Assembly: GCA_035537655.1 (NCBI GenBank) | Contig: DATLLV010000102.1 | Location: 1-33,364 of the forward strand | From: Miltoncostaeaceae bacterium | GTDB lineage: Bacteria > Actinomycetota > Thermoleophilia > Miltoncostaeales > Miltoncostaeaceae | Direction: 5' to 3' | Length of the DNA: 33,364 nt | In this document: in pieces, positions 17,045-26,810 of the stretch | Layout: each line of letters opens with the position of its first letter | Position numbering within the stretch: position 1 is the stretch's first letter | Position numbers and translations under genes: made by a program | Notes under the pieces: model-generated | Seen by the model: the letters and a program-made list of their open reading frames with translations, nothing else | Database searches by the model: none | What the model was told of the DNA's origin: nothing

Positions 17045-18205
17045 GTGGCCCTGACGTACCGCACAGCCGGGGAGTCCCACGGCCCGGCGCTCTTCGCGGT
17101 GCTCGAGGGGCTTCCGGCCGGGCTCCCGCTCACGCCCGACGACATCGACGCCGACCTCGCGCGCCGCCAGCTCGGCTACGGCCGCGGCGGGCGCATGAAG
17201 ATCGAGCGCGACCGCGTGCAGGTGAAGACGGGGCTGCGCCACGGCCTGACGATCGGCAGCCCGCTGACGCTCGAGATCCCCAACCTCGACTTCCCCAACT
17301 GGGCGGCCGACCGCATGGCGGTGTGGCAGCCGGAGGGCGAGGTGGAGCCCATCACGCTGCCGCGGCCCGGGCACGCGGACCTGGCCGGGATGCTCAAGTA
17401 CGGCACCGAGGACCTGCGCCCGATCCTCGAGCGGGCCAGCGCGCGCGAGACGGCGGCGCGGGTGGCGGCGGGCGGCGTCGCGAAGGCGCTACTGCGCCGC
17501 TACGGCACCGAGATCCGCAGCCACGTGGTGCGCATCGGCCCCGAGGCCGTGCCCGTGCGCGACGACCTCTCGATCGAGGACTTCGAGGGCGTCGACGAGA
17601 GCCCGGTGCGCTGCCTCGACGCCGAGGCGTCGGAGCGGATGAAGGCGGCGATCAAGGCGGCCGGCCAGGACCACAACACGCTCGGGGGGGTCTTCGAGGT
17701 CTGGGCCTTCGACCCCCTGCCGGGGCTGGGCTCCCACGTCTCCGGCGACGCGCGCCTCGACGGGCGCCTGGGCCAGGCCCTGATGGGCATCCAGGCCATC
17801 AAGGGGGTCGAGCTCGGCGCCGGCTTCGCCCTCGGGGCGATCCCCGGCAGCGAGGCGCACGACGAGATCTTCCACGAGCCCGAGCGCGGCTTCTACCGCC
17901 GCACGAACCGCTCGGGGGGCATCGAGGGCGGGATGACGCACGGCGCGCCGGTGGTCGTCCGCGCGGTGATGAAGCCGATCAGCACCCTCACGCGGCCGCT
18001 GGCGTCGGTGGACGTGGCCACGAAGGAGCCGCGCAAGGCCTTCAAGGAGCGCTCCGACATCTGCGCCGTCCCCGCCGCCGCCGTGGTGGGGGAGGCCGCC
18101 GTGGCGTTCGTGCTCGCCCAGGCCCTGACGGAGAAGTTCGGCGGCGACTCGATCGACCACCTCGACGCGGCGGTGGAGCGCTACCGGGCGGAGGTGGGCC
18201 GGTGA
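17045..18205 (+). CDS. aroC: chorismate synthase
   Basis: GTG 17045. It has LTYRTAGESHGPAL, ..RRQLGYGRGGRMKIE.., ..RPGHADL.. and ..ERASARETAARVA... The listed ORF start (14660) is spurious read-through across chrA and ltrA. Confidence 0.95.
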   Translation: MALTYRTAGESHGPALFAVLEGLPAGLPLTPDDIDADLARRQLGYGRGGRMKIERDRVQVKTGLRHGLTIGSPLTLEIPNLDFPNWAADRMAVWQPEGEVEPITLPRPGHADLAGMLKYGTEDLRPILERASARETAARVAAGGVAKALLRRYGTEIRSHVVRIGPEAVPVRDDLSIEDFEGVDESPVRCLDAEASERMKAAIKAAGQDHNTLGGVFEVWAFDPLPGLGSHVSGDARLDGRLGQALMGIQAIKGVELGAGFALGAIPGSEAHDEIFHEPERGFYRRTNRSGGIEGGMTHGAPVVVRAVMKPISTLTRPLASVDVATKEPRKAFKERSDICAVPAAAVVGEAAVAFVLAQALTEKFGGDSIDHLDAAVERYRAEVGR

Positions 18206-18212
18206 GGCGCCC

Positions 18213-18722
18213 ATGCGCTGGCTCGTCCTGACCGGTTACATGGGCGCCGGCAAGACGGCGGTCGGGCGGCGGGTGGCGTCGCGGCTCGGGCGCGACTTCA
18301 CCGACGCCGACCGCGAGATCGAGCGCCGGGCCGGAATGGCGATCCCGGAGATCTTCTCCCGCCGCGGCGAGGTCTGGTTCCGCCGCACCGAGGAGACCGT
18401 CGTCCGCGAGGTGCTCGAGGGCGAGCCGGGGGTGCTCGCGCTGGGCGGCGGGGCGCTCGAGAGCGCGCGCACCCGCGGGCTGGTCAGCCGGGTGGCCGAC
18501 GTGGTCTGGCTGCGGGCGAGCGTCGAGGTGGCGTGGCGGCGCGTCGAGGGCTCCGACCGGCCCCTGGCCATCGACCGCGACCGCTTCGCCCGCCGGGCGG
18601 CCGCGCGCGAGGCCGGCTACCGCGAGGCCGCGGCCCTGGAGGTCGACGCCGACGCCCCGGCCGACGCGGTCGCCGCCCGGGTGGCCGCCTGGGCCCAGCG
18701 CGCGGCCGAGGCGGCCCGGTGA
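18213..18722 (+). CDS. aroK: shikimate kinase
   Basis: 169 aa with a P-loop (LTGYMGAGKTAVGR) and D.D..IE......I.EIF...GE..FR..E. Confidence 0.9.
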   Translation: MRWLVLTGYMGAGKTAVGRRVASRLGRDFTDADREIERRAGMAIPEIFSRRGEVWFRRTEETVVREVLEGEPGVLALGGGALESARTRGLVSRVADVVWLRASVEVAWRRVEGSDRPLAIDRDRFARRAAAREAGYREAAALEVDADAPADAVAARVAAWAQRAAEAAR

Positions 18723-19816
18723 ACGCGCTCGCGCCGGCGCAGGTCGTCTGGGCGGAGGCGGGGGACGCGCGCTACCCGGTCCACCTCGGCACGGGCATCC
18801 TGGACGAGCTCGGGCCGCTCTGGGCCGAGCGCGCCGCGGGTCCCAGCGTGCTGCTGGTCAGCGACGGCAACGTGCCCGGCCTGGCCCGGCGGGCGCGGGC
18901 GTCGCTGCAGGGCGCCGGCCTGCGGGTGATCGGCGCGAGCGTCCCGCCGGGCGAGGGCTCGAAGTCGCTGGCCCAGGTCGAGCGCCTCGCGCGCCTCGCG
19001 GCGGAGGCCGGCCTGCGCCGCTCGGACGCCGTGGTCGCGCTGGGCGGCGGCGTGGTGGGCGACCTGGCGGGGTTCCTTGCGGCCTCCTACCAGCGCGGCG
19101 TCCGCCTGGTTCACGCCCCGACCACCCTGCTGGCGATGGTGGACTCCGCGATCGGGGGCAAGACCGGCGTCGACCTGCCCGAGGGCAAGAACTACGTGGG
19201 CGCCATCTGGCAGCCGCAGCTGGTGCTGGCCGACATCGAGACGCTCGACGGCCTGCCGCCGCGCGAGCTGGCCTGCGGCTTCGCCGAGGTGGTCAAGTAC
19301 GGCCTGCTGGAGGGGCCGGAGCTGCTCGAGCTGGTGGAGTCCTGGCCGGCGCTGCCGGGCTCCGCCGCGGAGCTGACCGGCCTCATCCGCCGCTGCGCCG
19401 CCCACAAGATCGCCGTCGTCGCCGCCGACGAGCGCGACCACGGCGTCCGCGCGTCGCTCAACCTCGGCCACACGGTGGGGCACGGCATCGAGGCGGCCGG
19501 CGGCTACGAGCGCTACCGCCACGGCGAGGCGATCTCGCTCGGCCTGCTCGCGGCGCTGCGCCTGTCCGAGCAGGAGCTCGGCCTCGACGCGGCCGTGCGC
19601 CAGCGGGTCGCGGTCGTGCTGGCGCGCCACGGCCTGCCGACGCGGCTCGACGCGGCGGTCGCGACGCCGGCGATCCTCGAAGCCATCGGCCGCGACAAGA
19701 AGGCCGACCGCGACGGGCTGAACATGACGCTGCTGACCGCGCCCGGCGACGTGCGGCTGGGCGCCACGCCCGCCCCGGGCCGGGTCGAGGCCGCGGTCGA
19801 GGAGCTGCGCGGCTGA
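18719..19816 (+). CDS. aroB: 3-dehydroquinate synthase
   Basis: GTG 18719 overlaps the aroK TGA (GTGA). It has ..ALGGGVVGDLAGF.., ..PTTLLAMVDSAIGGKTGV.., ..NLGHTVGHGIE.. and ..HGEAISLG.. Confidence 0.95.
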   Translation: MNALAPAQVVWAEAGDARYPVHLGTGILDELGPLWAERAAGPSVLLVSDGNVPGLARRARASLQGAGLRVIGASVPPGEGSKSLAQVERLARLAAEAGLRRSDAVVALGGGVVGDLAGFLAASYQRGVRLVHAPTTLLAMVDSAIGGKTGVDLPEGKNYVGAIWQPQLVLADIETLDGLPPRELACGFAEVVKYGLLEGPELLELVESWPALPGSAAELTGLIRRCAAHKIAVVAADERDHGVRASLNLGHTVGHGIEAAGGYERYRHGEAISLGLLAALRLSEQELGLDAAVRQRVAVVLARHGLPTRLDAAVATPAILEAIGRDKKADRDGLNMTLLTAPGDVRLGATPAPGRVEAAVEELRG

Positions 19817-20250
19817 TGCTGCGGGTCGCGCTGCTCCACGGGCCCAACCTGAACATGCTCGGCCGCCGGCCGGCCGAGCACTACGGCTCGATGACCCTGC
19901 ACGAGCTCGAGGACCTCGTGCGCGGCTGGGGCGCCGAGCGGGGCATGGAGGTCGCGTGCTTCCAGACGAACCACGAGGGCGCCTTCCTGGAGCACGTGCA
20001 CGGCCTGGCGGGCGCGGTGGACGGCGCCGTGGTCAACCCCGGCGCCTGGACCCACTACCAGTGGTCGATCCGCGACGCGCTCGAGCTGCTCGGGGCGCCA
20101 TTCGTGGAGGTGCATCTGTCCGACGTCGAGGCCCGCGAGCCGCACCGGCGCCAGTCGGTGGTCCGCGACATCGCGGCCGCCGCGGTCTGGGGCCGGGGCC
20201 CCGACGGCTACCGCGAGGCCCTCGACAGGCTGCGGGAGGTGATCGGGTGA
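19816..20250 (+). CDS. aroQ: type II 3-dehydroquinate dehydratase
   Basis: 144 aa. It has LLHGPNLNMLGRR.P..YG, ..FQTNHEG.. and ..NPGAWTHY..IRDA... The start overlaps the aroB stop (TGATG). Confidence 0.95.
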   Translation: MLRVALLHGPNLNMLGRRPAEHYGSMTLHELEDLVRGWGAERGMEVACFQTNHEGAFLEHVHGLAGAVDGAVVNPGAWTHYQWSIRDALELLGAPFVEVHLSDVEAREPHRRQSVVRDIAAAAVWGRGPDGYREALDRLREVIG

Positions 20251-21323
20251 AGGAGGAAGGCCGGCAGGACGCGGTGCTCGAGGCGCTCGCCGAGCGGGGC
20301 CTGGGGGCGCTCATCGTCACCGACCTCGCCAACGTCCGGTACCTCACCGGCTACGTCGGCTCGAACGGCGTCGCGGTGCTCGGCCCCCGCGGGCGCTCGC
20401 TGCTGACCGACTCGCGCTACGCGGTCGCCGCCCGCGCGGCGGCGCGGGGCGTCGACGTCGTCATCGGGCGCCGCGACCTGCTGGGCGACGCGGCCGCGCT
20501 GGTCCCGTCGGTCGCGGGCGAGGGCGCGGTGGGGGTGGAGGCCGAGAGCCTCACCGTGGCCCGCTACCGCCGCCTCGAGGCGATGCTCGACGCCCCGCCG
20601 GAGCCGACCACGGGCATCGTCGAGACGCTGCGCGAGGTCAAGGACCCCGACGAGATCGCAGCGATGCGGGAGGCGGCGGCCGTCGCCGACCGCGCGCTGG
20701 CGGCGGTGCTGGGGCGCGGGATCGTCGGGCGCACCGAGCGCGACGTCGCCCTCGCGATCTACGGCGCGCTGCTGGACGAGGGGGCCGAGCGGCCGAGCTT
20801 CGAGACCATCGTCGCCGCCGGCCCGAACGGGGCGCGGCCGCACGCCGTCCCCGGCCCGGAGCCGATCGCGCCGAACACGCTGGTCACCATCGACCTGGGC
20901 GCCGTGGTCGACGGGTACTGCTCGGACATGACGCGCACCGTGGCCACCGGCCCGCTGCCGCCGCGGCTGGCGGAGATCTACGCGGTCTGCCTGCGCGCGC
21001 AGCAGGCGGCCCTCGACGCCGCCCGGGCGGGCATGGGCGCCGCCGAGCTCGACGCGGTCGCGCGGGCCGTCATCGGCGACGCCGGTTACGCTGACGCCTT
21101 CGGCCACGGCCTGGGGCACGGCGTGGGCCTCGCGATCCACGAGGCGCCGGGCGTGCGCCCCGAGGGCACGGCCACGCTGCGCGCGGGCATGGCCGTGACG
21201 ATCGAGCCGGGCATCTACCTCGAGGGCGAGGGCGGGGTCCGGATCGAGGACCTGGTGATCCTGGGCGACGAGGGCTGCGACATCCTGTCGCACGCGCCCA
21301 AAGAGCTGACGATCGTGGACTGA
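20247..21323 (+). CDS. M24-family Xaa-Pro peptidase (aminopeptidase P / PepQ-like)
   Basis: GTG 20247 overlaps the aroQ TGA. It has a creatinase-like N-terminal domain, then ..DLGAVVDGYCSDMTRT.., ..HGLGHGVGLAIHE.. and ..GGVRIED.. (metal ligands). Confidence 0.9.
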   Translation: MKEEGRQDAVLEALAERGLGALIVTDLANVRYLTGYVGSNGVAVLGPRGRSLLTDSRYAVAARAAARGVDVVIGRRDLLGDAAALVPSVAGEGAVGVEAESLTVARYRRLEAMLDAPPEPTTGIVETLREVKDPDEIAAMREAAAVADRALAAVLGRGIVGRTERDVALAIYGALLDEGAERPSFETIVAAGPNGARPHAVPGPEPIAPNTLVTIDLGAVVDGYCSDMTRTVATGPLPPRLAEIYAVCLRAQQAALDAARAGMGAAELDAVARAVIGDAGYADAFGHGLGHGVGLAIHEAPGVRPEGTATLRAGMAVTIEPGIYLEGEGGVRIEDLVILGDEGCDILSHAPKELTIVD

Positions 21324-21338
21324 GGAGGGCGGGACCGC

Positions 21339-21893
21339 GTGATCTCGACGAACGACCTGAAGAACGGCTACGTGCTCGACATCGACGGCGAGCTCGTCAG
21401 CGTGGTCCAGTTCCAGCACGTGAAGCCGGGCAAGGGCGGCGCCTTCGTGCGCACCAAGCTCAAGAGCCTCTCGAGCGGCGCGGTGGTCGACCGCACCTTC
21501 CGCGCGGGGGAGAAGCTGGAGCGGGTGACCACCGAGACGCGCACGATGCAGTACCTCTACCGCGACGGCGACGAGCTCCACCTGATGGACAACGAGAGCT
21601 ACGAGCAGATGTCGGTGCCCGCCGCGAGCGTGGACAACGACGACCTGCTCGGCCCGAACACCGACGTGCAGGTGATGTTCGTGCGCGAGCGCCCGATCCG
21701 CATCGACCTGCCGACCTTCGTCGAGCTGCAGGTGGTGCGCACGGACCCGGGCGTGAAGGGCGACACCGTCTCGAACGTGACCAAGCCGGCCGAGCTCGAG
21801 ACGGGCGCCACCGTCGACGTGCCGCTGTTCGTCAACGAGGGCGACCGGCTGCGGATCGACACGCGCACCCGCGAGTACGCCGCCCGCGCCTGA
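21339..21893 (+). CDS. efp: elongation factor P
   Basis: 184 aa with a GTG start and GGAGGG upstream. It has ISTNDLKNG...HVKPGKGGAFVRTKLK... Confidence 0.95.
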   Translation: MISTNDLKNGYVLDIDGELVSVVQFQHVKPGKGGAFVRTKLKSLSSGAVVDRTFRAGEKLERVTTETRTMQYLYRDGDELHLMDNESYEQMSVPAASVDNDDLLGPNTDVQVMFVRERPIRIDLPTFVELQVVRTDPGVKGDTVSNVTKPAELETGATVDVPLFVNEGDRLRIDTRTREYAARA

Positions 21894-21896
21894 CCC

Positions 21897-23711
21897 GTGC
21901 GGGATAGCCTGCTCCGGACCACCGAAGGGATGCCCGTGACGCCTCCCCCCGACCACGTCGGCTACGTGGACGCGACCCTCCGCGACCTCGCCCCGTTCCC
22001 CTGGGGGACGGCGGTCGGCACCGACGACCTCGCCCTCGCCGCGGCCGCCCTCTCCGAGGTGGGCGCACAGGTGCTCGAGGTGCTCGACGCCCGCTGCGCG
22101 CGCGCGGCGCTCGAGGCGCGCTCGGAGAGCCCCTGGGACCGGCTGCGGGCGATCCTGCGCGAGGCCGGCGCCACGCCGGTGGGCGTGGTGGTGGGGGCGC
22201 GCAACCTCTGGGGCGACCGCCTGCTGGCGCCCGACGTCGTGCGGCGCTTCGTGCTCTGCGCCGCGGACAGCGGCGTGCGGCGCATCCGCGCCACCGACCC
22301 GATGAACGACCCCGAGGCGCACGCTCCCGTGGCCCGCGCCTGCGCGGAGGCCGGGGTCGAGTTCGTCCCGACGCTGATCGTGGGGCCGGCGCCCGACCCG
22401 GGCGACCCGCGGTGGGTCGCGGAGGCGGCCGAGCTCGCCGCCCAGCCCGGCGCGCGGAGGATCTGCGTGTCGGACGGCGCCGGCCACCTGTCGCCGGCCC
22501 TGCTGGCGGCGCTGGTGGAGCAGGTGCGCACGGCCACCGGCCTCGCCACCGAGGTGCAGGTGCAGGCGCCCGGAGGGCTCGCGCCCCTGTCGGCCACCGC
22601 CGCCGTCGGCGCCGGGGCCACGGCGGTGCAGGCCTCCGCCGGCCCGGTGGCGCTGGTCTCGGCGCGTCCCTCGGCCGAGACGCTGCGGGCCGCGCTGGTC
22701 GGCGGCGGCCGCACCTTCGACTGCGCGCCCTCGGCGCTCGACCGCGCCGCCCGCGTGGTCGGGCCGATGCTGCCCGCCGACCGCCTGCGCCAGGCCGCGG
22801 CCGCCGTCTTCGGCCCCGCGGTGGCCGTGCCGCCGGCCCTCGAGCCCGGCCTGATCTCGCGCTTGGGCCGGCTGGGCCTGTCGCGCAGCCTCGTCGCGGT
22901 GGCGGCCGAGTCGGCGGCCGTGGCCCGCGACGTGGGCGCGGCCACGCTCGCGTACCCGCTGGGCGCGGCGGTCCTGGCGCAGGCCGCCCGCCACGTCATC
23001 GACGGCCGCCGCTGGGCCGAGATGGAGCCCGAGCTGGCCCAGGTCGCGCTCGGCCGCGCCGGGCGCCTGCGCGGTCCGGTGGCGCCGGAGGCGCTCGAGG
23101 CGGCGGCCGCGGCGGACGCCGGCGAGCCCGAGGTGCGCGACCTGGCGGCGGTCGCCGAGGAGGCGCCCCAGGGGCTGTCCGAGGAGGACCTGGTGCTGTG
23201 GGCGATGTTCGCCGAGACCACCGAGCAGGTGGTGGCGCGGCGGCGCTCGCTGGGCGCCGAGGCCGCGAACCGGCCGGGCCAGCCGGCGATAGACCGCGAC
23301 CTGCTCGAGACACTGGTGGACGTCGTCGAGGCGTCCGACGAGGCCGAGGTGAGCGTCGAGGTCTCGGGGGCCCGCGTCACGGTGCGGCGGGCCGTCGCGC
23401 CCGAGCCGGGCGAGGCGGTCGGCGCGCCCTCGGGCCGCGGCGGCGCGCACGGCGACGGCGACGTCGAGGACGGCCTGGTGCGCGTCACCAGCCCGATGGT
23501 CGGCACCTTCTACCGGCGCCCGGCGCCGGACCAGCCGCCGTTCGTCGAGGAGGGCCAGCGCGTCGAGGCCGGCGACCCGCTCTGCCTGATCGAGGCGATG
23601 AAGCTCTTCAACGAGATCGTCGCCGAGGAGGGCGGGGTCGTGCGGACCATCTGCCTCGACGACGCGGACGCGGCCGAGTTCGGGCAGCTGCTGTTCCTGC
23701 TCGAGCCGTGA
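21897..23711 (+). CDS. accB: biotin carboxyl carrier protein (AccB module, residues ~465-604) fused to an N-terminal PycB/OadA/5S-type carboxyltransferase-like domain with substituted metal-site positions
   Basis: This is a single 604-codon frame. Residues ~21-445 align collinearly with PycB-type CT domains: VDATLRD; LEV...SPWDRLR; ARNLWG..APDVVRRFV...GVRRIRATDPMND; ICVSDGAGHLSP; EVQVQAPGGLAP; VPPALEPGLISRL; SEEDLVLWAMF. The C-terminus carries the AccB N-domain (LLETLVDVVEASDEAEVSVEVSGARVTVRR), a P/A/G linker, SPMVGTFYRRPAPDQPPFV and the EAMKL biotinylation motif (K569, nt 23601-23603). The start could instead be ATG 21930. Confidence 0.85.
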   Translation: MRDSLLRTTEGMPVTPPPDHVGYVDATLRDLAPFPWGTAVGTDDLALAAAALSEVGAQVLEVLDARCARAALEARSESPWDRLRAILREAGATPVGVVVGARNLWGDRLLAPDVVRRFVLCAADSGVRRIRATDPMNDPEAHAPVARACAEAGVEFVPTLIVGPAPDPGDPRWVAEAAELAAQPGARRICVSDGAGHLSPALLAALVEQVRTATGLATEVQVQAPGGLAPLSATAAVGAGATAVQASAGPVALVSARPSAETLRAALVGGGRTFDCAPSALDRAARVVGPMLPADRLRQAAAAVFGPAVAVPPALEPGLISRLGRLGLSRSLVAVAAESAAVARDVGAATLAYPLGAAVLAQAARHVIDGRRWAEMEPELAQVALGRAGRLRGPVAPEALEAAAAADAGEPEVRDLAAVAEEAPQGLSEEDLVLWAMFAETTEQVVARRRSLGAEAANRPGQPAIDRDLLETLVDVVEASDEAEVSVEVSGARVTVRRAVAPEPGEAVGAPSGRGGAHGDGDVEDGLVRVTSPMVGTFYRRPAPDQPPFVEEGQRVEAGDPLCLIEAMKLFNEIVAEEGGVVRTICLDDADAAEFGQLLFLLEP

Positions 23712-23718
23712 GGCGGCC

Positions 23719-25082
<1,364 letters not shown>

Positions 25083-25086
<4 letters not shown>

Positions 25087-25505
25087 GCCCCGAGCGCGAG
25101 GGCGGCCGGAGGGCGGCCAGGCGCCAGGCGGTGATCCTGCTCTACCAGCGCGACGTGACCGGGCTCTCCCTCGAGGAGCTCGAGGAGAACGCCGCCCGCG
25201 AGGGGGAGCCCCTCGACCCCTTCGCGCGGGCGCTGGTCGAGGGCGTCGCCGCGGACACGGGCAGCCTCGACGAGCTGATCACGCGGGCGGCCGAGGGCTG
25301 GACCGCGGAGCGGCTCGCGCCCCTCGAGCGCAACATCCTGCGGGTGGCCGTCCACGAGATGCTCGACTGGCCCGACATCCCCGCGGCCGTCTCGATCAAC
25401 GAGGCGGTCGACCTGGCCAAGCGCTACTGCCAGGCCGAGGCGCCGGGCCTCGTGAACGGGATCCTGGGCCGGATCGCCGCCGACGGCGCGGAGGTGCCGG
25501 GGTGA
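25083..25505 (+). CDS. nusB: transcription antitermination factor NusB
   Basis: ATG 25083 overlaps the accC TGA (ATGA). 140 aa. It has ..RRQAVILLYQ.., ..W..ERLAPLERNILRVAVHEM.. and ..INEAVDLAKRY....APGLVNGILG.. Confidence 0.9.
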
Positions 25506-25687
25506 CCGGCCCCGACGCCGCCGGCCGCCTGGCCGCCGACGCCGAGCGCCTGGAGGAGGTCGCCCGGCGCCTGCGCGACGAGGACGTGCCGCCCGAGGAG
25601 CTGCGGGCGCTGGCCGGCGAGGCCCTCGACCTGTCATCGCGCATCACGGACGGCGTCGCCCGCCTGGTGCGGGGCGAGGGGGGCTGA
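25502..25687 (+). CDS. 61-aa helical protein, possibly exodeoxyribonuclease VII small-subunit-like (XseB-like)
   Basis: GTG 25502 overlaps the nusB TGA (GTGA). RLEEVARRLRDEDVPPEELRALAGEALDLSSRI resembles the XseB pattern LEEIV.rLE.g.l.LEesl.l.e.G..L. It occupies the position where xseB lies relative to nusB and dxs in Bacillus-type clusters. No xseA is present in the window. Confidence 0.4.
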   Translation: MTGPDAAGRLAADAERLEEVARRLRDEDVPPEELRALAGEALDLSSRITDGVARLVRGEGG

Positions 25688-25721
25688 GCTGGCCCGCGGG
25701 GACGAGCTGCTTGACCCGCGC

Positions 25722-26117
25722 GTGCAGGTGGTGGTCATCCCGCCGAGCGACCCCGCCGCCGCCGGGCACGCGGAGCTGCAGGGCGTCGGCAGCGGCGACG
25801 ACCGCCCGCCGATGGGCGAGCTCGCCGCGCGGCCCTGGCTCACGCAGGGCGAGGCCGTGCGCGGCGCCCAGCTCGAGACGCTCGGGCTGACCCTCTACGC
25901 CGGCCACCCGGAGCTCGCGCTGGTGAACCTGCCGACGGCGTTCATCGAGGCCGGCGTGCGTCTGCTGAAGGAGCTCGGGACCTACGTCCTAGCCGGCGGG
26001 GTGCTGGAGGACGGCGACATCATGCAGTTGCGCCACGACCTGCCCCAGATCGTCGGCGTGATCGCGCCGCCGGAATCCGACGCGTCCGGCGCCCTCCGGG
26101 TGGTGCTGCTGGCGTAG
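25722..26117 (+). CDS. hypothetical protein, DUF4262-like by eye
   Basis: 131 aa with a GTG start. LETLGLTLYAGHPELALVNLPTAFIEAGVRLLKELGTYVLAGGVLEDGD...IVGVIAPP resembles the YTvGL...hPEL.v.GLp...a..lLn.l...v core of that family. The last 136 nt overlap the convergent sigma ORF, and both frames share wobble positions. The plus-strand peptide is the more protein-like of the two. Confidence 0.45.
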   Translation: MQVVVIPPSDPAAAGHAELQGVGSGDDRPPMGELAARPWLTQGEAVRGAQLETLGLTLYAGHPELALVNLPTAFIEAGVRLLKELGTYVLAGGVLEDGDIMQLRHDLPQIVGVIAPPESDASGALRVVLLA

Positions 26118-26728
26118 CCGGCCGGGGGCGGCCGCCCGTCGGCGCTCGCCGGAGCCTCGAGGGCGGCGCGCACCCGCGCGAGCCCCAGGCGCAGCCGGCT
26201 CTTGACCGTGCCCAGGGGCAGGCCCGTCGCCTCGGCGATCTCCCGCTGGGAGACGCCGCCGCAGTGGACCAGGAGGAGCACGTCGCGCTGCTCGGCCGGG
26301 ACCTCGTCCAGCAGCCGGTGCAGCCGTGTCGCCTCGGCCCGGTCGGCGCCCGCGCGCGCGACGGGGTCCTCGGGGGGCCCGAGGGCCTCGACCGCGAGGG
26401 CCGCCGCCTCGGCCCGGCCCCGGCGGGCCTGGGCGCGATGCCTGTTGATCGCCTGGTTGCGGGCGATCCCGATCAGCCAGGCCCGCACGCCCCCGCGTCC
26501 GGGGTCGAAGCGCGAGGCGTGGCGCCAGAGCGCGAGGAAGGCCTCCTGGCAGACGTCCTCGGCCTCGCCGGACCGGCCCAGGTGGGCGACGACGAAGGAG
26601 TGCACCGCCCGGGCGTGGCGGTCGTACAGGACCTCGAAGGCCTCGGCGTCCCCGGCCGCCACGCGGGCCATCAGTGCGGCCTCGGCGTGCGGCTCGCGCC
26701 GGGGAGCGGCTGTGATGGTGGTGGTCAC
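25982..26728 (-). CDS. ECF-type RNA polymerase sigma-70 factor with no adjacent anti-sigma
   Basis: Region 2 reads GDAEAFEVLYDRHARAVHSFV...AEDVCQEAFLALWRHASRFDP..GGVRAWLIGIARNQAINRHR. Region 4 reads EQRDVLLLVHCGGVSQREIAEATGLPLGTVKSRLRLGLARVRAAL. The preferred start is GTG 26728 (GAGGGGG upstream); ATG 26671 is also possible. A 57-aa S/T/P-rich tail follows region 4 until the first stop at 25982. Confidence 0.85.
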   Translation of the reverse strand: MTTTITAAPRREPHAEAALMARVAAGDAEAFEVLYDRHARAVHSFVVAHLGRSGEAEDVCQEAFLALWRHASRFDPGRGGVRAWLIGIARNQAINRHRAQARRGRAEAAALAVEALGPPEDPVARAGADRAEATRLHRLLDEVPAEQRDVLLLVHCGGVSQREIAEATGLPLGTVKSRLRLGLARVRAALEAPASADGRPPPAGYASSTTRRAPDASDSGGAITPTIWGRSWRNCMMSPSSSTPPART

Positions 26729-26810
26729 GCCCCCTCTGATCCCGCCCGGGGGCGATCCGTGACATGGCCACCGGGTTGTAACGCGGGCGCGCCGACCCGG
26801 ATCCACCCCC

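Noticed and set aside
26729-26806. A longer N-terminus (GTG 26806) for the minus-strand ECF sigma
   Set aside because: The extra 26 codons (VDPGRRARVTTRWPCHGSPPGGIRGG) are not sigma-like. GTG 26728 has an SD-like GAGGGGG and gives a normal distance to region 2.
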